A DNA stretch of 62,917 nt, filler included. It is 5 parts of 5 records of this genome, joined end to end, with 100 filler letters (N's around TTAATTAATTAA, not from the genome) between each part and the next. Parts side by side here need not be neighbours in the genome. Positions count along the whole stretch, not along the records: positions 47,545 to 56,864 come from DRR723986_7120; positions 56,965 to 62,917 come from DRR723986_7136; 3 more parts are not named here. One strand, written 5' to 3'. The position numbers and the translations under genes were made by a program. The notes under the pieces were generated by a model. The model was not told the DNA's origin. It saw nothing but the letters and a program-made list of their open reading frames with translations, and searched no databases. Shown in pieces: positions 49,265 through 59,496 of this stretch (the stretch's first letter is position 1; each line of letters begins with the position of its first letter).

Positions 49265-49702
49265 ATGACCCCTCAGACCTGTGCCGAAAAATGTGCCGAG
49301 ATCATGTATGCCAAAGATCCCGCTTCGAGCGGGCTGGGCATGCGCATCACCAAAATCGCCCCGGGCCAAGCGACGCTGACCATGCGCGTTCGGCCTGATA
49401 TGCTGAACGGACATGGCATTTGCCACGGCGGGTTTACCTTTGCGCTGGCCGACAGCGCCTTTGCTTTTGCCTGCAACACCTACAATCAACTGACTGTCGC
49501 GCAGCAAAACCAGATCACCTATCTGACCCCCGGAGCGGATGGTGAGTTGCTGACCGCCACCGCCGCCGAGGTGTCAAAAACCGGGCGATCCGGCGTTTAT
49601 GATGTCAGCGTCACCGGAGAAGACGGCAGGACCATCGCCCTGTTCCGCGGTTTGTCCCGCACCGTCAAAGGCCAACATTTTCCCCAAGAGGTTCCATCCT
49701 GA
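49265..49702 (+). CDS. paaI: Hydroxyphenylacetyl-CoA thioesterase
   Basis: MLNGHGICHGGFTFALADSAFAFACN. Upstream of paaK. Confidence 0.9.
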   Translation: MTPQTCAEKCAEIMYAKDPASSGLGMRITKIAPGQATLTMRVRPDMLNGHGICHGGFTFALADSAFAFACNTYNQLTVAQQNQITYLTPGADGELLTATAAEVSKTGRSGVYDVSVTGEDGRTIALFRGLSRTVKGQHFPQEVPS

Positions 49703-51015
49703 TGAAAGATCTGACGCCCGCCAAATCCACACTGGACCCAATTGAAATTGCCAGCCGCGACGAGATACAGGCGCTACAGCTTGAGCGGATGAAATGGTCG
49801 CTGCGCCACGCCTATGACAACGTGCCGTTTTACAAGAACAGTTTTGATGCGGCAGGTGTCCACCCGGATGACCTGCACTCACTGGCCGATCTGTCGAAGT
49901 TTCCCTTTACGGTCAAAAACGATCTGCGCGACAATTATCCGTTTGGGCTCTTTGCTGTGCCGCGCGAACAGGTTGCACGGTTGCATGCCTCCTCGGGCAC
50001 AACGGGCAAGCCAACGGTTGTGGGCTATACCAAGAACGACCTCGATAACTGGGGATCGGTTGTGGCGCGGTCGCTGCGGGCGGCGGGTCTTTGTCCCGGT
50101 GACATGTTGCACAATGCCTATGGCTACGGGCTGTTCACTGGCGGGATGGGCATCCATCTGGGATCTGACTATCTGGGGCTGACGACGGTGCCTGTCTCTG
50201 GTGGCATGACCCCCCGGCAGGTCCGGTTGATCGGTGATTTTCAGCCCAAGGGCATCACTGTGACCCCTTCTTATGCCCTGTCTATTCTGGACGAATTTGC
50301 CGCGCAGGGCGTCGATCCGCGCCAATCCTCATTGGAGGTCGGCATCTTTGGCGCTGAGCCGTGGACCAACGCGATGCGGCTCGAAATCGAAGAGGCATTC
50401 GATATGCATGCCGTAGATATCTACGGGTTGTCCGAGGTGATGGGGCCGGGTGTTTCCATGGAATGTGTGGAGACAAAGGACGGGCTGCACATCTGGGAAG
50501 ACCATTTCTATCCCGAGATCATCAACCCCGAAACCGGAGAGCCTGTTGCCGATGGCGAACGCGGCGAGTTGGTGTTCACCTCCCTGACCAAAGAGGCCTT
50601 TCCGATCATCCGCTACCGGACCCGCGATTTGACCCGCCTGCTGGCCGGCACGGCGCGGTCCATGCGGCGGATGGAAAAGGTCACCGGGCGCACCGATGAT
50701 ATGATCATCCTGCGCGGTGTGAATATCTTTCCGACCCAGATCGAAGAAGCCCTGATGGAGGTCAAAGCACTGGCGCCGCATTTCCAGATCGAGCTGAGCC
50801 GACCGGATCGGATGGACCAAATGCGGGTGATCTGCGAATGCGCGGACGCATCAATGACCGAAGAAAACCGCACCGCCGCGGCGAGACAATTGTCCGCGAA
50901 GGTCAAACAAACCGTAGGCGTCAGCATCAAAGTGGATGTGGCAGACGTGGGCGGCGTGCCGCGATCCGAGGGCAAGGCCGTGCGGATCGTCGACAACCGC
51001 CCCAAGGGTCAATAA
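49702..51015 (+). CDS. paaK: Phenylacetate-CoA ligase
   Basis: HASSGTTGKPT, YGYGLFTGG, DIYGLSEVMGPG, RYRTRD. Confidence 0.95.
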   Translation: MKDLTPAKSTLDPIEIASRDEIQALQLERMKWSLRHAYDNVPFYKNSFDAAGVHPDDLHSLADLSKFPFTVKNDLRDNYPFGLFAVPREQVARLHASSGTTGKPTVVGYTKNDLDNWGSVVARSLRAAGLCPGDMLHNAYGYGLFTGGMGIHLGSDYLGLTTVPVSGGMTPRQVRLIGDFQPKGITVTPSYALSILDEFAAQGVDPRQSSLEVGIFGAEPWTNAMRLEIEEAFDMHAVDIYGLSEVMGPGVSMECVETKDGLHIWEDHFYPEIINPETGEPVADGERGELVFTSLTKEAFPIIRYRTRDLTRLLAGTARSMRRMEKVTGRTDDMIILRGVNIFPTQIEEALMEVKALAPHFQIELSRPDRMDQMRVICECADASMTEENRTAAARQLSAKVKQTVGVSIKVDVADVGGVPRSEGKAVRIVDNRPKGQ

Positions 51016-51254
51016 CAGGCCAGTTTTGCAATCTTGCCCTGTGCGTCGATCTCAGCATTGAGCCGCGCAGGGTTGAAATCCATCGTCACCGCATCGCCGG
51101 GGTGAATGATCCGCAAATCTTTCCCGATAACGGACAACGCGGCCTCGGGCTTGCCCAGCAAGCTGCGCCACTGGTCCGCACCGCAGGCGTTTATCGCAGG
51201 CTCTCCGCTGCACCCTGCCAAAACCAAAAGCGCCAATGCGATGGTGCCCCTCAT
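51009..51254 (-). CDS. I78 family peptidase-inhibitor lipoprotein
   Basis: Lipobox LAGC, RIIHPGDAVTMDFNPARLN. Confidence 0.85.
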   Translation of the reverse strand: MRGTIALALLVLAGCSGEPAINACGADQWRSLLGKPEAALSVIGKDLRIIHPGDAVTMDFNPARLNAEIDAQGKIAKLACY

Positions 51255-51868
51255 ACGCCATACCTCGCCAGAAATGTATCGACAGCGTTTTCCACAACAT
51301 AGTTAATTTCTTCTTCGCTGACTGTTTTTGCCACGCCAAAAATCAAACGGGTCCAGATATCGGCTTTGCACAGGTCGCCAAACTGGTCCGCCGCCAACAT
51401 CTTGTCCTTGATCCGCAACTCGCCCCGCGCTTCGGCCATTTCGAAATACTCGGCCATCTCGGCTCGCATCACAGCAGGGCCGGAGTTGTAGAACTGTTGA
51501 CCCAACTCGGGAAAACGGTCCTTCTCTGCGACGCACATGCAAAAGATCTGCTGTCCGAATTCCGAGGTGATGAACCTGACAAAATGGCAGCCGGTTTCCA
51601 TCAGCACTTTGCGTGGTGGTGCTTCAAAATTGATTTGGTCCATCGCCTCATCTGATTGGCGGCAACATTCAGCGTTGGCCACTTCGAGAAACAGCAGCCG
51701 CTTGTCAGGGAAATAGCTATAAAGCGTGGCCTTGGACACGGCGGCAACACGGGCAATTTCATCCACGCTGGCGCCTTCGAACCCATCGGCCATAAACACC
51801 TCGCGGGCACCGGCAAGAACCTGATCGAACTTGCGGCCTTTGCGAATCTGTTGTGCGAGTGCTGTCAT
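51251..51868 (-). CDS. TetR/AcrR family regulator (ortholog of 45301-45918)
   Basis: KGRKFDQVLAGAREVF, VSKATLYSYFPDK. GGAG RBS before ATG at 51868. Confidence 0.92.
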   Translation of the reverse strand: MTALAQQIRKGRKFDQVLAGAREVFMADGFEGASVDEIARVAAVSKATLYSYFPDKRLLFLEVANAECCRQSDEAMDQINFEAPPRKVLMETGCHFVRFITSEFGQQIFCMCVAEKDRFPELGQQFYNSGPAVMRAEMAEYFEMAEARGELRIKDKMLAADQFGDLCKADIWTRLIFGVAKTVSEEEINYVVENAVDTFLARYGV

Positions 51869-51897
51869 GGATGCTCCAGAATGTTGAATATGAGAAT

Positions 51898-51918
51898 ATA
51901 AACCGTTTTGTTTAGTTC
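51898..51918. promoter_or_regulatory. Putative TetR operator
   Basis: Minus strand GAACTAAACAAAACGGTTTAT contains the inverted repeat TAAAC-N6-GTTTA. Conserved with 45255-45275. Confidence 0.55.
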
Positions 51919-51974
51919 CAAGGAATAAATCCCTTTCCGTCACGCAAAGTCGGTTGTTCTCGCCACACGCAAGT

Positions 51975-51991
51975 ATTAGAATCATTCTAAT
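51975..51991. promoter_or_regulatory. Irr iron control element (ICE)
   Basis: ATTAGAA-TCA-TTCTAAT palindrome matching the ICE consensus TTTAGAA-N3-TTCTAAA, just upstream of the mbfA RBS. Confidence 0.8.
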
Positions 51992-52009
51992 TAGCCGGAG
52001 GATACTGCC

Positions 52010-52984
52010 ATGCGCTTCTCGCTTGCCCGCAAACGTTTCAAGGATCTGACTGAACAAGAGGTTCTGGCGCTTGCCATTTCTTCCGAAGAAGATGATGCGC
52101 GGATTTACCGTGGATATGCCGAACATCTACGTGAGGATTTTCCTGACACCGCGGCCGTGTTTGACGGGATGGCCGCCGAAGAGGACACGCATCGCAAGCG
52201 GTTGATTGACCTACATGAGGCACGGTTCGGGTCCACCATTCCGCTGATCCGGCGCGAGCATGTGTCAGGTTATTACGCCCGCCGTCCGGTCTGGCTGGTT
52301 GAGAACCTCGGGCTTGAGCGCATCCGCGAAGAAGCCGCCGCGATGGAGCGGGATGCCGAAAATTTCTATCTGGCGGCAGCAGCACGCACATCCGACACGG
52401 CAACGCGCAAGCTTTTGGGCGATCTCGCCGCAGCCGAAGCGGGGCACCAGTCCACCGCGTCTGAACTAGCAAAGGCCCATCTGTCCGGCGATGCCCAGAC
52501 GGAAGAGGACAATCGTGCGCATCGGCAATTTATCCTGACATGGGTTCAGCCGGGGTTGGCGGGGCTGATGGACGGGTCGGTTTCGACCCTTGCGCCGATT
52601 TTTGCCACCGCCTTTGCCACCCAGGACACATGGACAACCTTTCTGGTGGGTTTGGCGGCCTCAGTCGGTGCCGGGATTTCCATGGGCTTTACCGAAGCGG
52701 CCTCAGACGATGGAGAATTGTCGGGCCGGGGATCGCCTTGGAAGCGCGGCTTTGCCTCCGGGATCATGACCACGGTTGGCGGATTGGGCCATGCGCTGCC
52801 TTATTTGATCCCGGATTTCTGGACTGCGACGATCACCGCATTTGTCGTTGTCTTTATTGAACTCTGGGCGATTGCGTGGATTCAAAACAAATATATGGAA
52901 ACGCCGTTCTTCCGTGCCGCCATGCAGGTGGTGCTTGGCGGTGCGTTGGTCTTTGCGGCGGGTGTTCTGATCGGATCAGGCTGA
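52010..52984 (+). CDS. mbfA: Iron exporter MbfA (ferritin-like plus VIT1 domains)
   Basis: LALAISSEEDD, EEDTH, QPGLAGLMDGSVSTLAP, SMGFTEA. Confidence 0.93.
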   Translation: MRFSLARKRFKDLTEQEVLALAISSEEDDARIYRGYAEHLREDFPDTAAVFDGMAAEEDTHRKRLIDLHEARFGSTIPLIRREHVSGYYARRPVWLVENLGLERIREEAAAMERDAENFYLAAAARTSDTATRKLLGDLAAAEAGHQSTASELAKAHLSGDAQTEEDNRAHRQFILTWVQPGLAGLMDGSVSTLAPIFATAFATQDTWTTFLVGLAASVGAGISMGFTEAASDDGELSGRGSPWKRGFASGIMTTVGGLGHALPYLIPDFWTATITAFVVVFIELWAIAWIQNKYMETPFFRAAMQVVLGGALVFAAGVLIGSG

Positions 52985-53035
52985 CGGGCCGCCGAGGCAC
53001 CTTGCGCCCGCCCCTCTGGCTGGTTACCCAAGGCT

Positions 53036-53965
53036 ATGCTGGCGATCTTTTTCAAGACCTTGCCGTTCTTTTTGCTGATCGGTCTGGGGTACTGGGCCGG
53101 GCGCACCCGCTTTTTCAGTGAAGAGGCGACCGCCTATCTGACCAAATTTGTTTTCTACTTTGCCCTGTCGGCCATGTTGTTCCGGTTTTCGGCAAACCTG
53201 TCGCTGGCCGAGGTCTGGGATGGGCGTTTGGTGGCGGCCTATCTGTGGGGCACGGCGTTTGTATACGGAATCGCCACGATTGTCGGCTTTCTGCGCGGTT
53301 TGGACGTACCGACCACCGCGATTGAGGCGCAATGCGCCGCCATCGGAAACACCGGTTTTTTGGGTGTTCCGATGCTGACGCTGCTGCTGGGCGCAGAGGC
53401 GATTGGCCCGGTGTTGCTGGCACTGGCCGTTGATCTGATTGTGTTTTCCAGTCTTATTGTGATCTTGATTACCGGGGCCCGTGACGGCCAGATCAGCCTT
53501 CGGATGGTCCGGTCTATTGCGCTGGGTCTGGTGCGCAATCCGATGATCGTGGCGATCTCGCTTGGGTTCATTTGTGCCGGCTTGGCCCTGCCGATCCCTG
53601 AGCCGATCAACGATTTCCTTGGTATTCTGGGCGGTGCCGCCACACCCGGCGCCTTGTTTGCCATCGGTGCGTCTCTCGCGTTCAAATCCGCCGAACGCAT
53701 CGAAGTGGCGGGATGGCTCAGCTTTTGCAAACTGGTGCTGCATCCGGCATTGGTCGGCATTGCCGCGCTTTATGTGTTTGATGTGGACCCGTTCAAGGCA
53801 GGGGTGATCATTGCGGTCTCCGCCCTGCCGGTGGCAGGCAATGTGTTTATCCTATCCCAACATTACGGCGTAGCCCCCGCACGGGTCTCCACTGCCATTC
53901 TATTCTCTACCGCCCTCAGCATTGTCACAGTCAGCCTAGTGATCGCGGGGGTGACAGGGGGCTGA
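53036..53965 (+). CDS. AEC family transporter (ortholog of 44268-45200)
   Basis: Shares FVFYFALSAMLFRF and NTGFLGVP motifs. Confidence 0.88.
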   Translation: MLAIFFKTLPFFLLIGLGYWAGRTRFFSEEATAYLTKFVFYFALSAMLFRFSANLSLAEVWDGRLVAAYLWGTAFVYGIATIVGFLRGLDVPTTAIEAQCAAIGNTGFLGVPMLTLLLGAEAIGPVLLALAVDLIVFSSLIVILITGARDGQISLRMVRSIALGLVRNPMIVAISLGFICAGLALPIPEPINDFLGILGGAATPGALFAIGASLAFKSAERIEVAGWLSFCKLVLHPALVGIAALYVFDVDPFKAGVIIAVSALPVAGNVFILSQHYGVAPARVSTAILFSTALSIVTVSLVIAGVTGG

Positions 53966-54027
53966 TCTTTCCAGTACTGACTGTTGCAAGGTCCGGCCCG
54001 GCGTGGCGGACATGACAAAAGGATCCG

Positions 54028-54864
54028 ATGATGAAAACCATTTCCGAAAATGCCTGTTTCGGCGGCACCCAGGGTGTTTATTCCCATACCTCAGCGGCGT
54101 GCAGCTGCGAGATGACCTTTGGCCTGTTCCTGCCCGCAGAGGCAAGCGATGGCCCCGTGCCGGTGCTTTGGTATCTGTCCGGTCTGACCTGCACACATGA
54201 GAACGCGATGACCAAGGCAGGCGCACAATCATGGGCCGCCGAACACGGGATCGCGCTGGTGTTTCCAGATACGTCCCCGCGCGGTGACGATGTCGCCGAT
54301 GATGAGGCCTATGATCTGGGCAAGGGGGCAGGATTTTATGTCAACGCGACCCAAGACCCGTGGCAGCCGCACTTTCAGATGTGGGACTATATCGCAGACG
54401 AACTGCCCGCACTGATCGGCGCAAATTTTGCCGTTGATCTGACGCGGCAGGGCATCACCGGCCATTCGATGGGTGGCCATGGGGCGCTGACTTTGGCGAT
54501 GAACTTGCCGGGGCGGTATACGTCTGTTTCGGCCTTTGCGCCAATTGCCAACCCAACCGCCAGCGATTGGGGCCGCAAACAATTGACCGCCTATCTGGGC
54601 GAGGATGATGCCGCTTGGGCCAAACATGACGCGACCTTGCTGATGCAGGAAAAGGGTTTTGACGGGCCGGTTTTGATCGACCAAGGCGCATCAGATCAAT
54701 TTCTTGATCTGCTCAAGCCCGAGGCACTGGCCGCCGCGATTGCCGCCAAGCGGCAGCAGGGCACATTCCGTATGCAACCGGGGTATGACCACAGCTATTT
54801 CTTTGTCTCAACCTTTATGGAAGATCACATCGCCTTTCACGCCGATGCGCTCTACGGAGCCTGA
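54028..54864 (+). CDS. fghA: S-formylglutathione hydrolase
   Basis: [27 protein letters not shown]. Confidence 0.95.
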   Translation: MMKTISENACFGGTQGVYSHTSAACSCEMTFGLFLPAEASDGPVPVLWYLSGLTCTHENAMTKAGAQSWAAEHGIALVFPDTSPRGDDVADDEAYDLGKGAGFYVNATQDPWQPHFQMWDYIADELPALIGANFAVDLTRQGITGHSMGGHGALTLAMNLPGRYTSVSAFAPIANPTASDWGRKQLTAYLGEDDAAWAKHDATLLMQEKGFDGPVLIDQGASDQFLDLLKPEALAAAIAAKRQQGTFRMQPGYDHSYFFVSTFMEDHIAFHADALYGA

Positions 54865-54869
54865 AACCA

Positions 54870-55322
54870 TTGACTGCGCTCTACATTGACGCCGACGCCT
54901 GCCCTGTCAAAGCCGAGGCAGAGCGGGTCGCGACCCGGCACAAGGTGCGGATGTTCGTGGTGTCCAACGGCGGATTGCGACCCTCGCAAAATCCGCTGGT
55001 GGAAACCGTGATCGTCCCCGATGGGCCGGATGTGGCGGATATGTGGATCGCGGACCGTGCGGGCACTGGCGATGTGGTTGTAACCGGCGACATCCCCCTT
55101 GCCGCCAAATGCGTGGAGGCGGGTGCGAAGGTTCTCAAACACAATGGCGAGGCATTGACGGCGGCCAATATTGGCAACGTTCTCGCAACCCGCGACCTGA
55201 TGGCGGATCTGCGCGCCGCTGATCCATTCAGGCAAGGCGGCGGCAAAGGGTTTACCAAGGCTGACCGGTCCCGCTTTCTGGACGCATTGGAGCGGGAGCT
55301 GCGTGCGGCGGCGCGGCTATGA
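54870..55322 (+). CDS. YaiI/YqxD family protein
   Basis: [21 protein letters not shown]. Confidence 0.9.
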   Translation: MTALYIDADACPVKAEAERVATRHKVRMFVVSNGGLRPSQNPLVETVIVPDGPDVADMWIADRAGTGDVVVTGDIPLAAKCVEAGAKVLKHNGEALTAANIGNVLATRDLMADLRAADPFRQGGGKGFTKADRSRFLDALERELRAAARL

Positions 55323-55365
55323 GCGGTTCTTTGAACATTACCGACGCAAAGATGAGGACAAGCGC

Positions 55366-55986
55366 ATGAAACCCAAAGCCGTGGTTTTTGACATCGGCAA
55401 TGTTTTGATCGAATGGCTGCCAGAGCGGTTCTTTGACGCGCAAATTGGCGCGGCACGCCGCCGCGCGATGTTTGCCGAGGTTGATCTGCACGGCATGAAC
55501 GACCGCATTGATCGCGGCGAAACCTTTCGTGATGTGATCTATGACACCGCCGAAATCTATCCGCAGTGGCGGGCCGAGATCCAGCTCTGGCATGACCGCT
55601 GGATCGACATCGCCGCCCCCGTGATCGACCATTCTGTCCGCCTAATGCAGGCCTTGCAACGGGCAAATGTTCCGGTGTTCTCGCTCACCAACTTCGGCAT
55701 TCAGACCTATGATCTGGCGGCAGAGCACTACCCGTTTCTCCGGCAATTCGATGGGGATTATATCTCGGGTCATTTGGGGGTCATCAAACCGGATGCGGGC
55801 ATCTATGCCGCGCTTGAGGATCGCAGCGGCGTTGATCCAAAGGCGCTGTTGTTCACCGATGACCGGATCGACAATATCAACGCCGCCGCCGCTCGCGGTT
55901 GGCAAACCCACCATTTCACCGGGCCGGAAGGCTGGGCCAACCGGTTGGTGATGGCAGGGCTCTTGGCCCAAGAGGACGCAAAATGA
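55366..55986 (+). CDS. HAD family phosphatase (ortholog of 42747-43370)
   Basis: FDIGNVLIEW, KPD, FTDDR. Confidence 0.88.
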   Translation: MKPKAVVFDIGNVLIEWLPERFFDAQIGAARRRAMFAEVDLHGMNDRIDRGETFRDVIYDTAEIYPQWRAEIQLWHDRWIDIAAPVIDHSVRLMQALQRANVPVFSLTNFGIQTYDLAAEHYPFLRQFDGDYISGHLGVIKPDAGIYAALEDRSGVDPKALLFTDDRIDNINAAAARGWQTHHFTGPEGWANRLVMAGLLAQEDAK

Positions 55987-56864
55987 CCGACATTCCCTTT
56001 ATCCCTTTTGACGCGGGCGAGGCGGTGCTGGACTGGATCGGCCTGACCGACGCTTTGGCCGCTGGCCATGCCCTGCCCAAGGCCGAGATTGGTGATACTT
56101 TTCTCTATCGCGGCGATGACACCTTGCTGAGCCGGGCGGCATGGATTGACGGGCTGGGGATTGCGGTCAAATCCGCCACGGTGTTTCCGGGCAATCCGGC
56201 CAATGATACCCCGATGATCAATGGCGGGCTGAACCTTTATGCGGACGCGAACGGCATGCTTGAGGCGATTGTCGACTTTCACCTCGTGACCAAATGGAAA
56301 ACCGCCGGTGATAGCTTGCTGGCCGCGCGGCGATTGGCCCGGCCAGACAGCAAGAACATCCTGATCGTGGGCGCTGGCAATCAGGGCCGCGCCCTCTATG
56401 CCGCCTATCGTGCGGTGTTTCCTGATGCACAGTTTACCGTCTGGAATCGCAGCGCCGCCAATGCGGAAAATATGGCGGCAGAACTGCCCGGCCTGCGCAT
56501 CGCCACGGATCTGCGATCCGCGGTGGAGGCGGCAGACATCATCACCAGCGCAACGATGTCTACCGATCCGCTGATCAAGGGCGATTGGCTGCAACCGGGA
56601 CAGCACGTTGATCTGATTGGCGCGTACCGCCCCGATATGCGCGAGGTGGATGATACCGCAATCACCCGCGCGCGGGTCTTTGTGGACAGTTTTGACACCA
56701 CCATTGGCCATATCGGCGAGATCAATATACCGCTTGAAACCGGTGTGATCGCTCGGGATCATCTGGTGGCAGATTACTACGATCCAGCCAATTTCACACG
56801 CAGCTCAGATGACGAAATCACCCTGTTCAAAAACGGCGGCGGGGCGCATCTGGATCTGATGACC
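55983..56864 (+). CDS. Ornithine cyclodeaminase family protein (3' truncated)
   Basis: VTKWKTAGDS, FKNGGGAHLDLMT. Runs into the gap. Confidence 0.88.
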
Positions 56865-56964
56865 NNNNNNNNNNNNNNNNNNNNNNNNNNNNNNNNNNNN
56901 NNNNNNNNTTAATTAATTAANNNNNNNNNNNNNNNNNNNNNNNNNNNNNNNNNNNNNNNNNNNN
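56865..56964. other. Artificial contig spacer
   Basis: N44-TTAATTAATTAA-N44. Confidence 0.97.
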
Positions 56965-57521
56965 CCCTTGTCATAGCGCGATTGCATCCAGGCCTTGGAC
57001 ATGTCGATGCTGTCGGCGTGGATGATCGGGGCGATGGCGTCGAAAAAGGCCAGGCTGTCCTGTCCAGCCTCGGTCGCAATCGCTTGCGCCAGGGCGCCGG
57101 AGGTCAGCGGGCCGGTGGCGATGATCGTCGGGCCATGATCGGGCAGAGTGGTTATTTCGCCTTCGATGACCGTGACCAGCGGATGCGCACGCAGCCGGTC
57201 GGTGACGGACTGGGCGAAGGGATCGCGATCAACGGCCAGCGCGCCGCCGGCGGGCAGGCGATGACGGTCGGCCATTTCCATGATGAGGCCGCCGGCCTTG
57301 CGCATTTCCCAATGCAGCAGGCCGACGGCGTTTTGTTCGTCATCGTCGGAGCGGAACGAATTGGAACAAACCATTTCGGCCAGATTGCCCGTCTGGTGGG
57401 CAAAGGTGCCGACCTTGGGGCGCATCTCGTGGATAACTACGGGAACGCCCAGGGATATTGCTTGCCACGCGGCTTCGGACCCGGCCATGCCGCCGCCGAT
57501 GATATGGATCTCTTTTGTCAT
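56965..57521 (-). CDS. trmFO: tRNA m5U54 methyltransferase TrmFO (5' part)
   Basis: [43 protein letters not shown]. Confidence 0.95.
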
Positions 57522-57563
57522 GGCTAGCGATGTAGGCCAGAGCCTCGGGCTTGCCAAGTGGGC

Positions 57564-57956
57564 TTAGGCTGACAGGCTCCAGCCGCGCCGGTAGATTGCA
57601 AAGGGTCCACCGCCAAGAAACAACAGGGGCAGGGCAAGGACAGCGCTGAAGGCAAGCTGCGTAAGGCCATAGCTTGGGTCCAGACCGATGGCGCGGAACC
57701 AAAGAAACTGTCCGGAATACAGCATCAGGCCGAAAACTGCGACAACCCGGCTTCGCAACCCGAACAAAAGCCAGGTGGACGCGAACATGAGCATGCCCGA
57801 AACCACAATGGCCCCGGCCCATTCAATCTGATGCAATCCACCGGTCCCGTGATGACTGGCGACGGCGGTTATCGACAGCCCTTCCAGCGCGAAAACCAGA
57901 AAGGACAATGCCAAAAGAAGCCTGCAAAACAGGTGTGACAGGGTCAGGAAGGTCAA
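57564..57956 (-). CDS. Small 4-TM protein, divergent DoxX-like
   Basis: WLLFGLRSRVVA and C-terminal LGGGPFA. TTG start. Confidence 0.6.
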   Translation of the reverse strand: MTFLTLSHLFCRLLLALSFLVFALEGLSITAVASHHGTGGLHQIEWAGAIVVSGMLMFASTWLLFGLRSRVVAVFGLMLYSGQFLWFRAIGLDPSYGLTQLAFSAVLALPLLFLGGGPFAIYRRGWSLSA

Positions 57957-58062
57957 TGCTGTGCCTCGGATTTTTTATTATGGCTTTTGATGGTTAGCTT
58001 ATCGCAATTGGTGAATTCGAAAAGGTTTAGAAACGCAAATCAGTCTTTGCAAAGCTTGTAGA

Positions 58063-58923
58063 TCAGGCAACTTGAGTGGCAATGGATTCCTGATGTTCCG
58101 CCTGAAAACACCGAGCAATCCAGGCCACGGTATCCTGAATGGCGGCATCCGTTTTTCGGGACAAATGGTACGCAACCCAAATATCAACAGAAATTGCGGG
58201 TGCAGCCGGATCAAGCGGAATGAAATTTTCATCCGTCTGGGCCAGTTTTTCAGGAAGGGGTGCTGCCATTCGCGCGGATTGAGCCAACGAGAAAAGCTGC
58301 GCGATCTGCGTGGTTCTGAGCGTGGGAAGGGATTCGAAGTGTTTGAGGGCTATTCGCATCGGCGGATAGTCGTTGAATTCTTCAGTCAGTCCGGCCCAGG
58401 TGTCCGGGTTGTCAGTCTGTTTGTGGCGATAAAGCCGGAAAGCGAGGTCCCCGACTTTTCGGGTGATCAGACGTCCGTGTTCCGGTTGTCCCGCCCGCAG
58501 CAGGATGTCCATGTCCCCCAACCCCGCGCCATTCACCCGATCATGAAGCGCGATGGAATAATATGGATGATTTTCAAGGCTTTCCCAGATTCTCGGGGAC
58601 AGGATATGCGAATTTACAAAGGGCGGGGCACCAATGCGCAGATGCGCGGTTGTGCTGGCATTCGATGTGGCTTTCAGCTGGCGCATCTCGTTTTGCAACG
58701 CGCCCTCAAAACTTTCCGTGATCTCAAGCAAGCCGTGTATGGAGGGATTTAGCTGCCATTGCCCCGCGGATTTGATGAATGGCGCGGTGCCCAGTTCGTC
58801 GCCCAATCGGTCAATCCGACGTGACACAGTTGCAACATTGGCATCGAGGACCTGAGCTGCCGCAACCATTGTGCCTGCACGGTGAACTGCCAGTAGATAT
58901 TTAAAGTCATCCCAGTTCTGCAT
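58063..58923 (-). CDS. LysR family regulator
   Basis: NWDDFKYLLAV, GTMVAAA, ATVSRRI, LRIGAP. Confidence 0.88.
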   Translation of the reverse strand: MQNWDDFKYLLAVHRAGTMVAAAQVLDANVATVSRRIDRLGDELGTAPFIKSAGQWQLNPSIHGLLEITESFEGALQNEMRQLKATSNASTTAHLRIGAPPFVNSHILSPRIWESLENHPYYSIALHDRVNGAGLGDMDILLRAGQPEHGRLITRKVGDLAFRLYRHKQTDNPDTWAGLTEEFNDYPPMRIALKHFESLPTLRTTQIAQLFSLAQSARMAAPLPEKLAQTDENFIPLDPAAPAISVDIWVAYHLSRKTDAAIQDTVAWIARCFQAEHQESIATQVA

Positions 58924-59067
58924 TTCGCGCCCTTTCCATTTGATGGGAGAACTTCGGAACGCACCGAAAGACTATTTTATTAACTTACCTTAATGAACAC
59001 TGAGTACAAATGCAATATGAGGCAATTGCAAAAAACAATTGCCTCATGTTCTCAATGGTTTGGGTAT

Positions 59068-59496
59068 TTAAACGGCGTGCCGGTGCTCGTTCCGATCTGC
59101 ACTGGCGAGGTTGAGAGATTCTTTCACCTCGTAGAGCGTGTAACGTCCACCGCCGTAGAGAATGAGCGGAACCGAGAAAACCGAGACAAGTGTGATCTTT
59201 ACGGCAAGGGCCGGATCGCCATTGGGGTTGGTCATGATCGCGGGCAGCACCAGAAGCGCCATGGCCATTGCGGCGACCATCGAGGTGCGAATGCCAAGGA
59301 TCAGCCAGAAGCTGAGGACAAAGTAAAGCGCTGCGAGCGCGGCAGAGTGATATTCCAGGCCGTCCATGCCACCGACGACGGTCGGGATATTACAGTCCCG
59401 AAGTTGGGGAACCAGGCCAATCGCGGCCTCGATCATGAGGGTCGCCGAGAGGCAGACCCGGAAGTTCAGGCGAAGCCATTCGGTAAGATTGTTCAT
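59068..59496 (-). CDS. Small 4-TM protein, divergent DoxX-like
   Basis: WLILGIRTSMVA and C-terminal YGGGRYTL. Start placed at MNNLTEW. Confidence 0.6.
   Translation of the reverse strand: MNNLTEWLRLNFRVCLSATLMIEAAIGLVPQLRDCNIPTVVGGMDGLEYHSAALAALYFVLSFWLILGIRTSMVAAMAMALLVLPAIMTNPNGDPALAVKITLVSVFSVPLILYGGGRYTLYEVKESLNLASADRNEHRHAV

Noticed and set aside
51869-52126. N-terminal extension of TetR in the ORF track
   Set aside because: Overlaps the mbfA start and regulatory sites. The ortholog and RBS support a start at 51868.
58980-58993. Possible CtrA site TTAA-N6-TTAA upstream of lysR
   Set aside because: Spacing is 6 rather than the canonical 7, in an AT-rich context.
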